From Bacteroidetes bacterium HLUCCA01 (GTDB lineage Bacteria > Bacteroidota > Rhodothermia > Balneolales > HLUCCA01), in assembly GCA_001314545.1 (NCBI GenBank), contig LIHN01000017.1:15904-79903 (forward strand): DNA of 64,000 nucleotides, given 5' to 3'. Position numbers and translations under genes: made by a program. The notes under the pieces were generated by a model that was not told where the DNA came from, did not search any database, and worked only from the letters and a program-made list of their open reading frames with translations. This document shows positions 35,313 through 45,400 of this stretch, piece by piece. Positions within the stretch are counted from its first letter, which is position 1, and each line of letters begins with the position of its first letter.

Positions 35313-38312
35313 ATGACTATGGGAAATGCTTCTAAAAAACCTTTTTTCGCCCCCTGCGGACCTTCCTGCTCCACCGGCGACAGCTTCTGCTCCCGCCGGG
35401 GAATTCCCGCCGTGTTCTGCACCCCCTGCATCTGGGCCTGGATGCTCGTTCTGGCCCTCATGGCCTTCGGGTGCACCGGGTCCCGTGATGCGGCACCAGC
35501 CACCGATCTGCCCGAGGCCCCGGTTGTGACGGCCATAGAGGGAGCGGCGGCGCACTGGATCCGCGGATCCAGCCTGATCTGGGACGCCCCGGCCTCCGCC
35601 CATCGATTCGAACTTCGGTACAGTCCGGACGCCGATATAACCGTTGACGAAAACGGGGTCGCCGGCGGACAAACCATCGCCCTGCAGTCCGGTGCAGGTC
35701 TGGATTTCCGCATCGCCGATCAATACCGGCACATCGCTGCCCGACCCGTATTCAGCCTCGATGCCCCACGTGAGGTGATGGTCGAGGCCCTTCGCTCCCA
35801 GCTCATCGCGGTGGCCTACAACCGTGCCGGTCAGCCCGTAGCAGCCACCCGTGTGCAGGCCGCCGGCGTCATCGACCAGCTCTTCTATTTTGACGGTACC
35901 CTCGGTCCGGAGTACCAGCAAGACACCATCACCCTCCGCGTCTGGGCGCCCACCGCGCAAAGCCTGAGTCTGGTGCTTTACGATGCCGACAAAAACCGCC
36001 TCCGGGTGGTTGAACCTGAACAGCAGCAACCCGCCAACGGCGTATACACCTTCCGCGGCAGCGCCTCCGAGTGGGACCGCCTCTTCTACCGGTTCACCAT
36101 CACGGTCTATCACTACCAGGCCGATGCGGTGCTCACCTATGAAGTCACCGATCCGTACTCCGTGAGCCTTTCCACCGACAGTCAATATTCACAATTTGTG
36201 AACTTGTTCGGCGATGCATCCCTGAAACCCGACGGGTGGTCGGATCTGCGCAAGAGCCTGCCGCATCCGGCCGATATCACCTTGTACGAGGGCCATGTGC
36301 GGGATTTCAGTGCCTGGGACGACTCCGTTGCTCCGGAACACCGCGCCACGTACACCGCGTTCACCTACAACGGCCGGCGCCGGGCCCTGTCCAACGGCAT
36401 GCGCCACCTCGCCCGACTGGCGGAATCCGGGATGTCGCACATCCACCTGCTCCCCATCAATGACATCACCACTGTTATTGAAGATCGCAGCCAGCGCATC
36501 AACCTGGATGATCCCTTCTCCCGCGTCTGCGAGGTCCTTCACCCCGATGTGGTTGCGGCCCATAATATAACTCCCGACTGCGAAACCTATCAGGATGTTC
36601 CCGTGCGCGAGGTTTTCACGCAATGGGCAACCGATGACCCGGCCACCGAGCGCATCCAGCAGCTCTACAACGCTGTTGATGGTCAACCGGGCCTGCAAGC
36701 CTACGACGGCTTTAACTGGGGCTATGATCCCTGGCATTTTAACGTGCCGGAAGGCAGTTACAGCACCGATCCGGATGGTCCCCGGCGTATCTATGAACTT
36801 CGCGAAGCCGTGATGGCGCTCTATGAAATCGGACTGCTTGTGGTGGTCGATGTGGTCTACAACCATACCTCCGCCTACGGATTGCATGAAAAATCCGTGC
36901 TGGATCGCGTGGTTCCCGGCTACTATCAGCGCTTTGACGCCACCAGCGGCGCCATCGAAACCTCAACCTGCTGTCCCAACACGGCCTCTGAGCATCGCAT
37001 GATGGAAAAACTCATGATTGACTCCATCCTTCTGTGGGCCGAAGCCTATAAAATTGACAGCTTCCGGTTCGACCTGATGGGGCACCACTCGCTCACCAAC
37101 ATGACCCGCATCCAGAATGCCCTGAAAACCCTGACCCTGGATGAAAACGGGGTCGACGGCGCCAATGTTTATCTGTACGGCGAGGGATGGAATTTCGGCG
37201 AGGTGGCCAACAACCGCATCTTCGACCAGGCCACCCAGTTCATGACCGCCGGCAGCGGCATCGGTAACTTCAACGACCGCCTCCGCGACGGTATCCGGGG
37301 TCGTAATTTCACCGATGTGGGTCGTGCCCAGGGCTTTGTCAGCGGTCAGCTGCTTTTCCCCAACGAAGCCGACACCAGCAGCGAAGAAGAGCGTCGGTCA
37401 GGGCTACTCTACCAGGCCGACCAGATTCGCGTGGGGCTGGCCGGTAACCTGCGCACCTACAACTACCGCGACCGTACGGGTGTGATTGGCGACGGGGGTC
37501 GTGACGGGATTGGTTACACCCTCAATCCGCGCGAGAATGTCAACTACATCGATAAGCACGACAACGAGACCCTTTTTGACAACACCCAGACCAAGCTGCC
37601 GCTGGACATGACCACCGATGACCGCGTGCGAATCCACACCCTCAGCAACGCCTTCATCCATTTCGGACAGGGCGTGCCCTTCTACCACATGGGTACGGAC
37701 ATCCTGCGCTCGAAGTCGCTGGACCGCAACAGTTATACCTCCGGCGACTGGTTCAACCGGATTGATTTCACGATGCAGACCCACAACTGGGCCACCGGTA
37801 TTCCGCCCCGCTGGGATAACGAGCGCCGTTGGGACGAAATCCGCGAGCTCTTTGAAAAAGCCAATGTTCAGGTCACTCCGGACCACATCCGTCTGGCCCA
37901 CGAACTGTTTCTGGAGCAGCTTCAGATTCGCTACAGCACCCCCCTGCTTCGCCTGCGTTCGTCGGCCGATGTCATTGAGCGGGTTCGTTTTCATAATGTG
38001 GGCAGTCAGCAGGAAGCCGGCCTCATCGTCATGAGTGTATCCGACGGTAACTGTGCCGGAACGATACTCGATGAGCACTATGACGGCATTCTGGTGGTCT
38101 TCAACGCCGATTTGCAGGAACGAAGCTTTACGGTGGACCTGCCTGGTCTGGAAGGTATGGAGCTGCATCCGGTGCAGGCGTCCAGCGTGGACCCCGTAGT
38201 GCGGACGGCACGGGTGGAGGGGACCACGTTCACGGTTCCTGCGCATACAGCCGCTGTTTTCGTCAAGCCGACCGACCTGCCCCTGCAGGAGTTTCCGTGT
38301 AACGGGTACTGA
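35313..38312 (+). CDS. pulA: Type I pullulanase (GH13, alpha-1,6-glucosidase pullulanase type)
   Basis: 999 aa with FNWGYDPWHFNVPEGSY, DVVYNHT (region I), SFRFDLMGH (II), YGEGWNFGE (III) and NYIDKHDNETLFD (IV). The likely lipoprotein start is ATG 35442 (MLVLALMAFGC). Confidence 0.85.
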   Translation: MTMGNASKKPFFAPCGPSCSTGDSFCSRRGIPAVFCTPCIWAWMLVLALMAFGCTGSRDAAPATDLPEAPVVTAIEGAAAHWIRGSSLIWDAPASAHRFELRYSPDADITVDENGVAGGQTIALQSGAGLDFRIADQYRHIAARPVFSLDAPREVMVEALRSQLIAVAYNRAGQPVAATRVQAAGVIDQLFYFDGTLGPEYQQDTITLRVWAPTAQSLSLVLYDADKNRLRVVEPEQQQPANGVYTFRGSASEWDRLFYRFTITVYHYQADAVLTYEVTDPYSVSLSTDSQYSQFVNLFGDASLKPDGWSDLRKSLPHPADITLYEGHVRDFSAWDDSVAPEHRATYTAFTYNGRRRALSNGMRHLARLAESGMSHIHLLPINDITTVIEDRSQRINLDDPFSRVCEVLHPDVVAAHNITPDCETYQDVPVREVFTQWATDDPATERIQQLYNAVDGQPGLQAYDGFNWGYDPWHFNVPEGSYSTDPDGPRRIYELREAVMALYEIGLLVVVDVVYNHTSAYGLHEKSVLDRVVPGYYQRFDATSGAIETSTCCPNTASEHRMMEKLMIDSILLWAEAYKIDSFRFDLMGHHSLTNMTRIQNALKTLTLDENGVDGANVYLYGEGWNFGEVANNRIFDQATQFMTAGSGIGNFNDRLRDGIRGRNFTDVGRAQGFVSGQLLFPNEADTSSEEERRSGLLYQADQIRVGLAGNLRTYNYRDRTGVIGDGGRDGIGYTLNPRENVNYIDKHDNETLFDNTQTKLPLDMTTDDRVRIHTLSNAFIHFGQGVPFYHMGTDILRSKSLDRNSYTSGDWFNRIDFTMQTHNWATGIPPRWDNERRWDEIRELFEKANVQVTPDHIRLAHELFLEQLQIRYSTPLLRLRSSADVIERVRFHNVGSQQEAGLIVMSVSDGNCAGTILDEHYDGILVVFNADLQERSFTVDLPGLEGMELHPVQASSVDPVVRTARVEGTTFTVPAHTAAVFVKPTDLPLQEFPCNGY

Positions 38313-38408
38313 GATGAGTCGGGTTGACAAATTTTGATACGGGCGGGGTCGTGGCCGGCCCCGTCATGTATTGTTTTTGCAGGAAACATGAAGAATCCTG
38401 CTATTGTG

Positions 38409-39809
38409 CTACTTCACCAGGGTCATGGTGCGACTAAGGGTTACTCCATTGGCGGTCAGCCGGTATACATAGATACCGCTTGCCAGTCCGGATGCGTTGA
38501 ACACCCGCTGATGCACCCCGGCTTGAAGCTGCTCGTCAGCCAGTTCAGCTACCTGCTGACCCATCGTATTGTAAACCGATAACTGAACCGGTCCGGCCTC
38601 GGGCATCTCCCAGCGAATGGTGGTGGTGGGATTGAACGGGTTCGGGAAGTTCTGTGCCAGGGCCACAGTTACCGGTACGGTCTGGCCGCCATCGATGGAG
38701 GTCGGGATGCGGCGATTTTTCAGGTCCATGATGCGTGCGTACGATGCATCGATGCGGGCAGCGGGAATCTCACCGGAGTCAACCCGGGAGGCAATCAAAT
38801 CAATGGCGTACCGAACCAGGGATATCGGGTCGTCGGAGCCGCAGTGCGAGGTACACAGGTTTCGGTTAAACAGCAGGATGTCGGTACCGGAATTCACGGC
38901 CAGCACAAGGGCCTCATCGAAGGAATAGTTATCGGTGATGGCCTGCATGAACAGCTCATCGCTGATGACCACCCCGGTATAGCCCATCTCATCGCGGAGC
39001 ATCTCGGTTACCGCTTTGTGGGAGAGCGAGGCGGGATAATCCGCATCGATGTTACGGTGAAACAGGTGTCCGGTCATGATCATGTCCGGCATGAATTCAT
39101 CGAAGATGAGCTCGTACGGGGTGAGTTCGCGCTCCTGCCAGGTGCTGGTGATGTCTGTGAACCCGAAATGGGAGTCGGACATGGCGCTGCCGTGACCGGG
39201 GAAGTGCTTGGTTGCGGTGATGATGTCACGGGCGGCATGCTCCTGCATGAAAGCGATGGCGTGGTCGGCTACGACGGTTTCGTTGGGGGAGTAGGAGCGT
39301 TCCAGTCGACCAATGGCCGGACTGTCGCTGTTGATGTTCACATCGACCACCGGGGCCAGGTTTACGTTCAGGCCGGCCTCGTCAATCCAGCGGGCCATGA
39401 TTTCGGCCTGGCCACGGGTAGCCTCCACGTCTTTGAGTACATCGCCGGTGAAATTGGCCGGAAGGGTGCTGGAATAGCCGTTGTTGGCGTTGAGCCGGGC
39501 CACACGACCCCCCTCCTGGTCGACCGACAAAAACAATGGTGTATCGGCAAAATCCTGGAGTTCCGCGGTGAGGGCGGTTATTTGCTCCGGGCTGGTGATG
39601 TTGTTCTGGAAAAAAAGCACGCCACCCAGGTTGCGGTCGGCAATGTCTATGAGCAGGGTATCTTTGGGTTGACCGAAGTTGGTCACGGCCACCATCAGCA
39701 TCTGGCCGATCTTTTCTTCCAGGGTTTGGGCGTGGGTGTCAGCAGCGGGGTAGAGGCTTGCGCATAATATGCCGGCGGTCAGAAGACCGATTTTCATGAT
39801 GTTCATCAC
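38409..39809 (-). CDS. GH3 N-terminal-domain glycosidase (NagZ/beta-hexosaminidase-like) with T9SS C-terminal sorting domain
   Basis: 466 aa with a signal peptide, EEKIGQMLMV, KHFPGHGS and VISDELFM. The last ~80 aa (LAQNFPNPFNPTTTIRWEM..SGIYVYRLTANGVTLSRTMTLVK) match the Por_Secre_tail pattern. Confidence 0.8.
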   Translation of the reverse strand: MMNIMKIGLLTAGILCASLYPAADTHAQTLEEKIGQMLMVAVTNFGQPKDTLLIDIADRNLGGVLFFQNNITSPEQITALTAELQDFADTPLFLSVDQEGGRVARLNANNGYSSTLPANFTGDVLKDVEATRGQAEIMARWIDEAGLNVNLAPVVDVNINSDSPAIGRLERSYSPNETVVADHAIAFMQEHAARDIITATKHFPGHGSAMSDSHFGFTDITSTWQERELTPYELIFDEFMPDMIMTGHLFHRNIDADYPASLSHKAVTEMLRDEMGYTGVVISDELFMQAITDNYSFDEALVLAVNSGTDILLFNRNLCTSHCGSDDPISLVRYAIDLIASRVDSGEIPAARIDASYARIMDLKNRRIPTSIDGGQTVPVTVALAQNFPNPFNPTTTIRWEMPEAGPVQLSVYNTMGQQVAELADEQLQAGVHQRVFNASGLASGIYVYRLTANGVTLSRTMTLVK

Positions 39810-39986
39810 AACGGGGTAGGTTTAGTAGTTGATAACGGCAACAAAATAAGGATAAACCCGCGGGTTGCCACAAGATTAGGAAAATAGTAATGAGTGGGGA
39901 GAAGACACCTTTCCGGTAGCCAGGAATGGCAGGCTGTAGGTTTAGCGGAATGGTTGAGCATCGTTGAAAGGCTTTGATCTTTCCGG

Positions 39987-40634
39987 TCAGCCCTGCTTTT
40001 CAGCGATGCCGATATAAAAATAACCCACGGTTTTCGGGGCATGCTCCACGTAGTGGGCGTCCTCCTGAACGTGAACCAATCCGGCCTGCTCAATCAGGCT
40101 GTGTATATCGCGATTCAGATTGCACCCGTCGGCTATTACATTCTGGAGGGGGTTGAGTCGATGTTGCCATCGCCGAACGTTTTCGTCGGGCGCCAATCCG
40201 TGCTCCACGTACGTAAACCTCCCGCCGGGTCGGAGCACCCGGTGTACCTCGGCCAGTGCCCGTTGTACATCGGGAATGCTGCAGAGCGTCCAGGTTGAAA
40301 CCACGGCATCAAACCGGGCATCGGTAAAGGGCAGGGTTTCGGCTGATAATACGTGTTGATGCAGTCGGATTCCGGCCTTTTCGGCTCGTTTTTCAGCCCT
40401 CGACCCCATCCCCGGATTGGGTTCAATCGTGTGTATTTCCTGCACCTGCGATGGATAATGCGGGAAGTTGAGCCCGGTTCCGGCCCCGATTTCCAGCACA
40501 TCCCCCTGAAGTCCGCGCAGCACCGTGCGCCGGTACCGACTGAATAGCCGACCCCGCATGCCGAGGTCCATAAAAAAGGGGAAAATGTGTGTTTTGTACA
40601 TATATCGGGCTGCTTTAACCGCATTTCCTGCCAA
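39987..40634 (-). CDS. Class I SAM-dependent methyltransferase (Methyltransf_11-like)
   Basis: 215 aa with VLEIGAGTGLNFPHY (motif I), FDAVVSTWTLCSI and LRPGGRFTYVEH. Confidence 0.8.
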   Translation of the reverse strand: MAGNAVKAARYMYKTHIFPFFMDLGMRGRLFSRYRRTVLRGLQGDVLEIGAGTGLNFPHYPSQVQEIHTIEPNPGMGSRAEKRAEKAGIRLHQHVLSAETLPFTDARFDAVVSTWTLCSIPDVQRALAEVHRVLRPGGRFTYVEHGLAPDENVRRWQHRLNPLQNVIADGCNLNRDIHSLIEQAGLVHVQEDAHYVEHAPKTVGYFYIGIAEKQG

Positions 40635-40835
40635 TATACAGTATTACAAGGGGTAAGACCTTGTGTTATTCTGTGTGGATTCATGCGTTGATAACCTCAA
40701 GAGCTGGCCTGCAGGCCTTCCGGATGCACCGGAATCAGGGCCGGAAATATGGCAGGTGTTGTGATTGGATCTCTGGGTCGTCGCACCTAAATACCAATCT
40801 TTTGTAAGGACTCTTTTCCGGCAACGACTATCTGC

Positions 40836-41705
40836 TTGAATTTACCTTCACCTTCTGATATGAATACCTATCACCATCCTGCCACGCAGGCAATATTCGG
40901 GGTTAGCCGAGGTTCTTCGAGTACAATACCCGAAAATCGTTTCATGAAATTTATCTGGAATGATGGTGACGATGATATGTCAATCCTCATCGACGCGCAG
41001 CCTTTCGTCCTTAGACCGGCTCAAATCTTGTGTGTAACCTATCTGAATGTAATCGAGTTACCATTGCACGAATCGGCCCTCAAAACGCTCTGGTTCAATC
41101 GGGAATTCTATTGTGTACATACCTATGACAGTGAGGTGTCATGCAACGGGTTATTGTTCTTCGGTTCCAGCAGCACACCAGTGGTGCAACTTGATACGGC
41201 CGAGACCATACGACTCCGAACATTGTTCGGTGTGCTGGAGGAGGAGTTTGGGATTGTGGATGTGAATCAGGAAGAAATGCTTCGGATCCTGCTTAAGCGT
41301 TTTATCATTCGTTGCACCCGACTTGCCCGTAAGCAGCTGATTAATGAACATGCAACCACCTCGGATATCGACCTCATCCGGCAATTCAGCTACCTGGTTG
41401 AAGAGTATTTCCGCAGTAAAAAAACGGTAGCAGAATATGCTGCTCTTATGCACCGCTCTCCTAAAACCGTGACCAACATATTCAGCAAATTTGCTCCGGA
41501 AAGTGCGTTGCAGGTCATTCATAACCGGGTTGTGATGGAGGCGAGGCGAATGCTGGTCTATACCGATGCCTCCGCGAAGGAAATCGCCTGGAAGCTGGGC
41601 TATGAAGACCCGGCTCAATTCAGCAAACTCTTCAAGAGACATGTCGGATTGTCGCCGTCTGACTATCGCAGTAGTGTTTCGAATGGAGGTTTCGGGCAAT
41701 ATTGA
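40836..41705 (+). CDS. AraC/XylS-family transcriptional regulator
   Basis: The C-terminal double HTH reads KTVAEYAALMHRSPKTVTNIFSK..AKEIAWKLGYEDPAQFSKLFKRHVGLSPSDYR. The start codon is uncertain. Confidence 0.8.
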   Translation: MNLPSPSDMNTYHHPATQAIFGVSRGSSSTIPENRFMKFIWNDGDDDMSILIDAQPFVLRPAQILCVTYLNVIELPLHESALKTLWFNREFYCVHTYDSEVSCNGLLFFGSSSTPVVQLDTAETIRLRTLFGVLEEEFGIVDVNQEEMLRILLKRFIIRCTRLARKQLINEHATTSDIDLIRQFSYLVEEYFRSKKTVAEYAALMHRSPKTVTNIFSKFAPESALQVIHNRVVMEARRMLVYTDASAKEIAWKLGYEDPAQFSKLFKRHVGLSPSDYRSSVSNGGFGQY

Positions 41706-41799
41706 CAAGGGGTGAGGCAGTCCTGTCATGGTATATCACCTTGAACGTGCTGAACTTGTAAGCGTCAACAACAACGCAAACTCAAAACCATAAAAAATT

Positions 41800-42351
41800 A
41801 TGCGACCATTTGACGTTCCCCAATACGATCAGGTAACTCCTGAGAATCAACAAATCTTTGATAATTTGAAATCCAAGGTGGGATTTGTGCCCAATATTTA
41901 TGCCACCTATGCCTATTCAGGTACTGCCCTCGGCCGCTATCTGACGTTTGCCAATGGCAAGACCAGTCTTTCCAACAAGGAGAAGGAAGTGGTCAACCTG
42001 GTTACCAGTCAGGTTAATGGCTGTAGCTATTGCCTGGCGGCCCACACGGCTATCGGTAAAATGAATGGGTTCACCGACGAGCAGGTACTTGAGCTTCGGT
42101 CAGGATCGGCTTCATTTGATACCAAGCTGGATGCGTTGGTTAAATTGGCAGGTGCCATCGCCAGCCATCGCGGTAAAATTGAAGATAGGGTCCTGCAAGC
42201 GTTTTTTGACGCAGGATATACCCGTGAAAACCTGATTGATGTCATTGTGAATGTAGGTGAAAAAGCAATCACCAATTTTTTACACAACGTGACCGATATT
42301 CCGGTGGATTTTCCTGCCGCTCCGGTTCTTGAAACCGCTGAAACCCTTTAA
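41800..42351 (+). CDS. Carboxymuconolactone decarboxylase / AhpD-like alkylhydroperoxidase family protein
   Basis: 183 aa with the SQVNGCSYCLAAH CxxC motif. Confidence 0.8.
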   Translation: MRPFDVPQYDQVTPENQQIFDNLKSKVGFVPNIYATYAYSGTALGRYLTFANGKTSLSNKEKEVVNLVTSQVNGCSYCLAAHTAIGKMNGFTDEQVLELRSGSASFDTKLDALVKLAGAIASHRGKIEDRVLQAFFDAGYTRENLIDVIVNVGEKAITNFLHNVTDIPVDFPAAPVLETAETL

Positions 42352-42362
42352 CCGGAGATCTT

Positions 42363-42809
42363 ATGCACACAATTAACTGGAAAAATGCGATTCTAGCCGG
42401 GTTGGCTGGAACAATCCTGTTTGACCTTTTCGGTCTAATTATGGGTATGGGATGGTGGGATATCGCCGGAATACTGGGTGAAAAAACCGGTCTTGGTCTT
42501 GCCTATGGAGTTTTTGGACACTTCAGTAACGGAGTACTTCTTGCTATTCTGTATGCTGCAATTGCTCCCTCTTTAGTGGGTCCATACTGGTTACGTCCTT
42601 TCATTTTTATTACCGCACAAACGGTAGCCCTGGTGTGGTTCTTCATGCTCCCACTGTTGGGTGCCGGAGTTGCAGGGCTAAACGTAGGCGCTGATATGGC
42701 TATCGGCTCATTGGTGCGCCACTGGATTTACGTCATCCCATTCATTTTTTTAATAAACAAGGAACAAATAAAAAAAATCGATCAATCTGTGGCTTCTCAG
42801 GTAAGCTAA
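42363..42809 (+). CDS. Hypothetical 4-TM membrane protein
   Basis: 148 aa and hydrophobic throughout. It starts 11 nt after the AhpD-like gene. Confidence 0.5.
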   Translation: MHTINWKNAILAGLAGTILFDLFGLIMGMGWWDIAGILGEKTGLGLAYGVFGHFSNGVLLAILYAAIAPSLVGPYWLRPFIFITAQTVALVWFFMLPLLGAGVAGLNVGADMAIGSLVRHWIYVIPFIFLINKEQIKKIDQSVASQVS

Positions 42810-42822
42810 GTGCAGCGAAAAG

Positions 42823-42854
42823 CAACGGTAGTCTTTTATTAAAGACTACCGTTG
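42823..42854 (+). terminator. Strong hairpin, probable terminator
   Basis: caacggtagtcttt / aaagactaccgttg form 14-bp near-perfect arms around a short AT loop. The hairpin starts 14 nt after the stop codon, and the downstream T tract is weak. Confidence 0.55.
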
Positions 42855-42944
42855 TTATATCCCGAAAGAACCGCCCCTGTCTTTACAGTTGAGAAGTTCG
42901 GGTACCAATTCAAATACTCTTAACCATCCATAAACAACACCCTT

Positions 42945-43472
42945 ATGAATAAATCCCTGAAAATAAAACTGGCCCTGGGAATTTCTGCTATCGTAACACT
43001 CTCGGCGCTTTTGATACCATCAATGTTAGTTTGTAATACCAGTTCACTGGTACCGTCGGGCCTGTCAGACAATGCATCGGTCATCCAGGCATCAGCAAGT
43101 GGACCGACGCTCTCTGATAACCATGTCACCGATGAGATACGCCTAATTGCTGTTAAAATGGACGCCGTCTGGTGTGGTCGGTGTCAGGTTATGAATCCGA
43201 AACTGGACAATGTCCGCCCCACTTTTGCCGGTCAGCCTGTACTTTTTGTCAAGTTTGATATGACCGACGATTTCACCACCTATCAGAGCAGTTTGCTTGC
43301 AGACCGGTTGAATCTCACAGAACTATATAATAACCATGCCGGTAAAACAGGGTATCTGGTGTTGATTGATCCACGTGATGGTAGTGAGCTGGCTGTTGTT
43401 ACCAGCGATCTTAGTGAAGAAGCCATCCGGCTGGCAGTTGAAGGTCAGCTCAATAACATGTTAATTGAATGA
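42945..43472 (+). CDS. Secreted thioredoxin-fold protein
   Basis: 175 aa with a signal/TM N-terminus and a WCGRC active-site-like motif (VKMDAVWCGRCQVMNP). Confidence 0.55.
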   Translation: MNKSLKIKLALGISAIVTLSALLIPSMLVCNTSSLVPSGLSDNASVIQASASGPTLSDNHVTDEIRLIAVKMDAVWCGRCQVMNPKLDNVRPTFAGQPVLFVKFDMTDDFTTYQSSLLADRLNLTELYNNHAGKTGYLVLIDPRDGSELAVVTSDLSEEAIRLAVEGQLNNMLIE

Positions 43473-44290
43473 CGTCTGCCAACTACATTGCGGCTTTTTT
43501 GGGAAGCCTGTCAGTCGCTGCAGGTACGGTCTGTTCGTTAAATAATGATTCAGCCACGTCCTGTATTTTACATCCTGCTGTAGTCATGGTAACGGAGAGA
43601 CTTCAAGACGATACTGCTGCCGCTGTAGCTGATACCCTCGCAATCGGGCCATTTTCTGCGGCCGATACCCTTGAAGGAAGCTTCCCAAAAGGATGGAGAC
43701 CGATGACTTTCCGCGGGATTCGAAATACAAAATACAGACTAACCAGCAGTGAGGGTACTATGGTGATCAGGGCCGATGCCGAACGCTCATCATCGGGTCT
43801 GATTTATCAGCAGGATATTGATCTGACCGAATACCCGGTGATTGAATGGTCGTGGCGTATCGAAAATGCCCTCGAAAATGGCGATGTTACCCAAAAGTCG
43901 GGCGACGACTACGCTGCCCGTATCTACGTAATATTTGACTACGAACTGTCAAACTTACCCTGGGGACAGCGCAACATGATACGGGCATTGCGCACATTCT
44001 ACGGTCAGGTACCGGCACGTGCCATTAACTACATCCATGCAACTAACGCTGAACCCGGATTAATAACACCCAATCCATATTCCGATCTGGTAACGATGGT
44101 TGTAGTAGACTCAGGTATCAATAACCTTGGGCAGTGGCGCAGTTTCCGTCGTAACATCTATGAAGATTATCTCATGATTTATGAAGAACCACCGCCCACG
44201 GTCAGGGGTGTCGCCATTATGACCGACAGTGATGACACCGGTGAAACCGTTACGGCATTTTTCGGTGATATACGTTTCCTGGCCGAATGA
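43469..44290 (+). CDS. DUF3047-like protein
   Basis: 273 aa. EWSWRIENALENGDVTQKSGDDYAARIYVIFDY matches my recollection of the DUF3047 core. An ATGA overlap joins it to the Trx-like gene. Confidence 0.55.
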   Translation: MTSANYIAAFLGSLSVAAGTVCSLNNDSATSCILHPAVVMVTERLQDDTAAAVADTLAIGPFSAADTLEGSFPKGWRPMTFRGIRNTKYRLTSSEGTMVIRADAERSSSGLIYQQDIDLTEYPVIEWSWRIENALENGDVTQKSGDDYAARIYVIFDYELSNLPWGQRNMIRALRTFYGQVPARAINYIHATNAEPGLITPNPYSDLVTMVVVDSGINNLGQWRSFRRNIYEDYLMIYEEPPPTVRGVAIMTDSDDTGETVTAFFGDIRFLAE

Positions 44291-44385
44291 TACAGGGTGA
44301 AAACTATGCCGCGGTGTTAAGGGTAGTCTGTGTTGCTGGTATGCTGACCACGTGGATGGGGTTTGCATCGGTTGCACCCGGTATT

Positions 44386-44679
44386 TCAATCTCTATTTTC
44401 ATGCTCGCGGATGCGTTCAATAAGGTCTTTCTTTTCTTCAACAGACAATCCACCCTTTTTGCCGGATAAGCCACGGGTCAGCACCGCATCAAGAAACTCG
44501 GATTCCTTCTGGTAGTGTCTGCAGGCCGAACACATCCGCGTGTGTATGCCCAGGCGGAGGTTGTCTAGCCGTGAAAGAGGCTCCAGTTGCCGTTGATCAA
44601 TCAATTCCGTTGCCCGTTTGCATGAAAACAGGGCTTTTTTCATGATTTTTCCCATCATAGCCAGTTGACCTCCAGGCAT
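44386..44679 (-). CDS. Putative small anti-sigma factor (Cys/His zinc motif)
   Basis: 97 aa with SCKRATELI..HTRMCSACRHY. It overlaps the 3' end of the ECF sigma gene by 25 nt. Confidence 0.5.
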   Translation of the reverse strand: MPGGQLAMMGKIMKKALFSCKRATELIDQRQLEPLSRLDNLRLGIHTRMCSACRHYQKESEFLDAVLTRGLSGKKGGLSVEEKKDLIERIREHENRD

Positions 44680-45218
44680 TTTTTCAGCAGCAGCTTGGAG
44701 CGGTGTATAATCTGCCAGTAATTAGACGAGGTGATGTTCATCTCCTTACAAATGGCTCCGGCCGACTTTTCCTGCTGATATCTGGACGTAACTGCAAGTT
44801 TCCAGGTATCAGGTAAGTCGTCAATACATTGATAAAATACCTGTATGAACACCGGGTTATCCATGAGCCGGGGCTCATCGGCCCAATCTGCTGAGGTTGC
44901 TTCGGCCCAGTTTCCGGCATCATCAAAAAAACTGCGGGTAACCTGTTCCGCCTGCTCTTCATCCATGGATTCGGTCGTCCTCCCAACACGTTTCCGGGAT
45001 CTGTAATAATCCACAATTTTGTTATTTAGGATTTGAAACAGCCATGTTTTTACCGAGCTCGACGCACTGTAACTATCGTAACCAATTGTGGCAGCGAGAA
45101 ACGTATCCTGAACCAGATCACGTGCAACCGACTCATCTGATACCTTAAATCGGGCCCAGTCGTACATCGGATCGGCATACAGCCGGACCCACTCTGTAAT
45201 GACCTCATTCTTTTCCAT
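44655..45218 (-). CDS. ECF (group IV) sigma-70 family RNA polymerase sigma factor
   Basis: 187 aa with region 2 (ARDLVQDTFLAA..WLFQILNNKIVDYYR) and region 4 (SAGAICKEMNITSSNYWQIIHRSKLLLKKCL). Confidence 0.85.
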   Translation of the reverse strand: MEKNEVITEWVRLYADPMYDWARFKVSDESVARDLVQDTFLAATIGYDSYSASSSVKTWLFQILNNKIVDYYRSRKRVGRTTESMDEEQAEQVTRSFFDDAGNWAEATSADWADEPRLMDNPVFIQVFYQCIDDLPDTWKLAVTSRYQQEKSAGAICKEMNITSSNYWQIIHRSKLLLKKCLEVNWL

Positions 45219-45400
45219 AGCAACAGTTAGAACGTATTTAAAAACCTTGCAAATACAACCAAGTCGAAAACAAGATGTGCAATTATTTCGAATTTTGACG
45301 TGTCAATTTAGCCCGGACACCTGTTACGCTATGGTAAAAAAACGAAACCATGAGAGGCTTGCAGAACTGGTTATATTGGACACGGCCTCATTTTTATAGC

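Noticed and set aside
35259-38330. Several 230-308-aa minus-strand ORFs (35259-36185, 36189-36887, 37404-38330)
   Set aside because: All are antisense to the pullulanase gene, whose four GH13 conserved regions read clearly on the plus strand.
38339-38378. GC-rich hairpin (ggggtcgtggccggcccc) followed by ttgttttt between the convergent pullulanase and GH3 genes, as a bidirectional terminator
   Set aside because: The stem pairing is short and ambiguous when drawn by hand. It is plausible, but I could not support it well enough to list as a feature.
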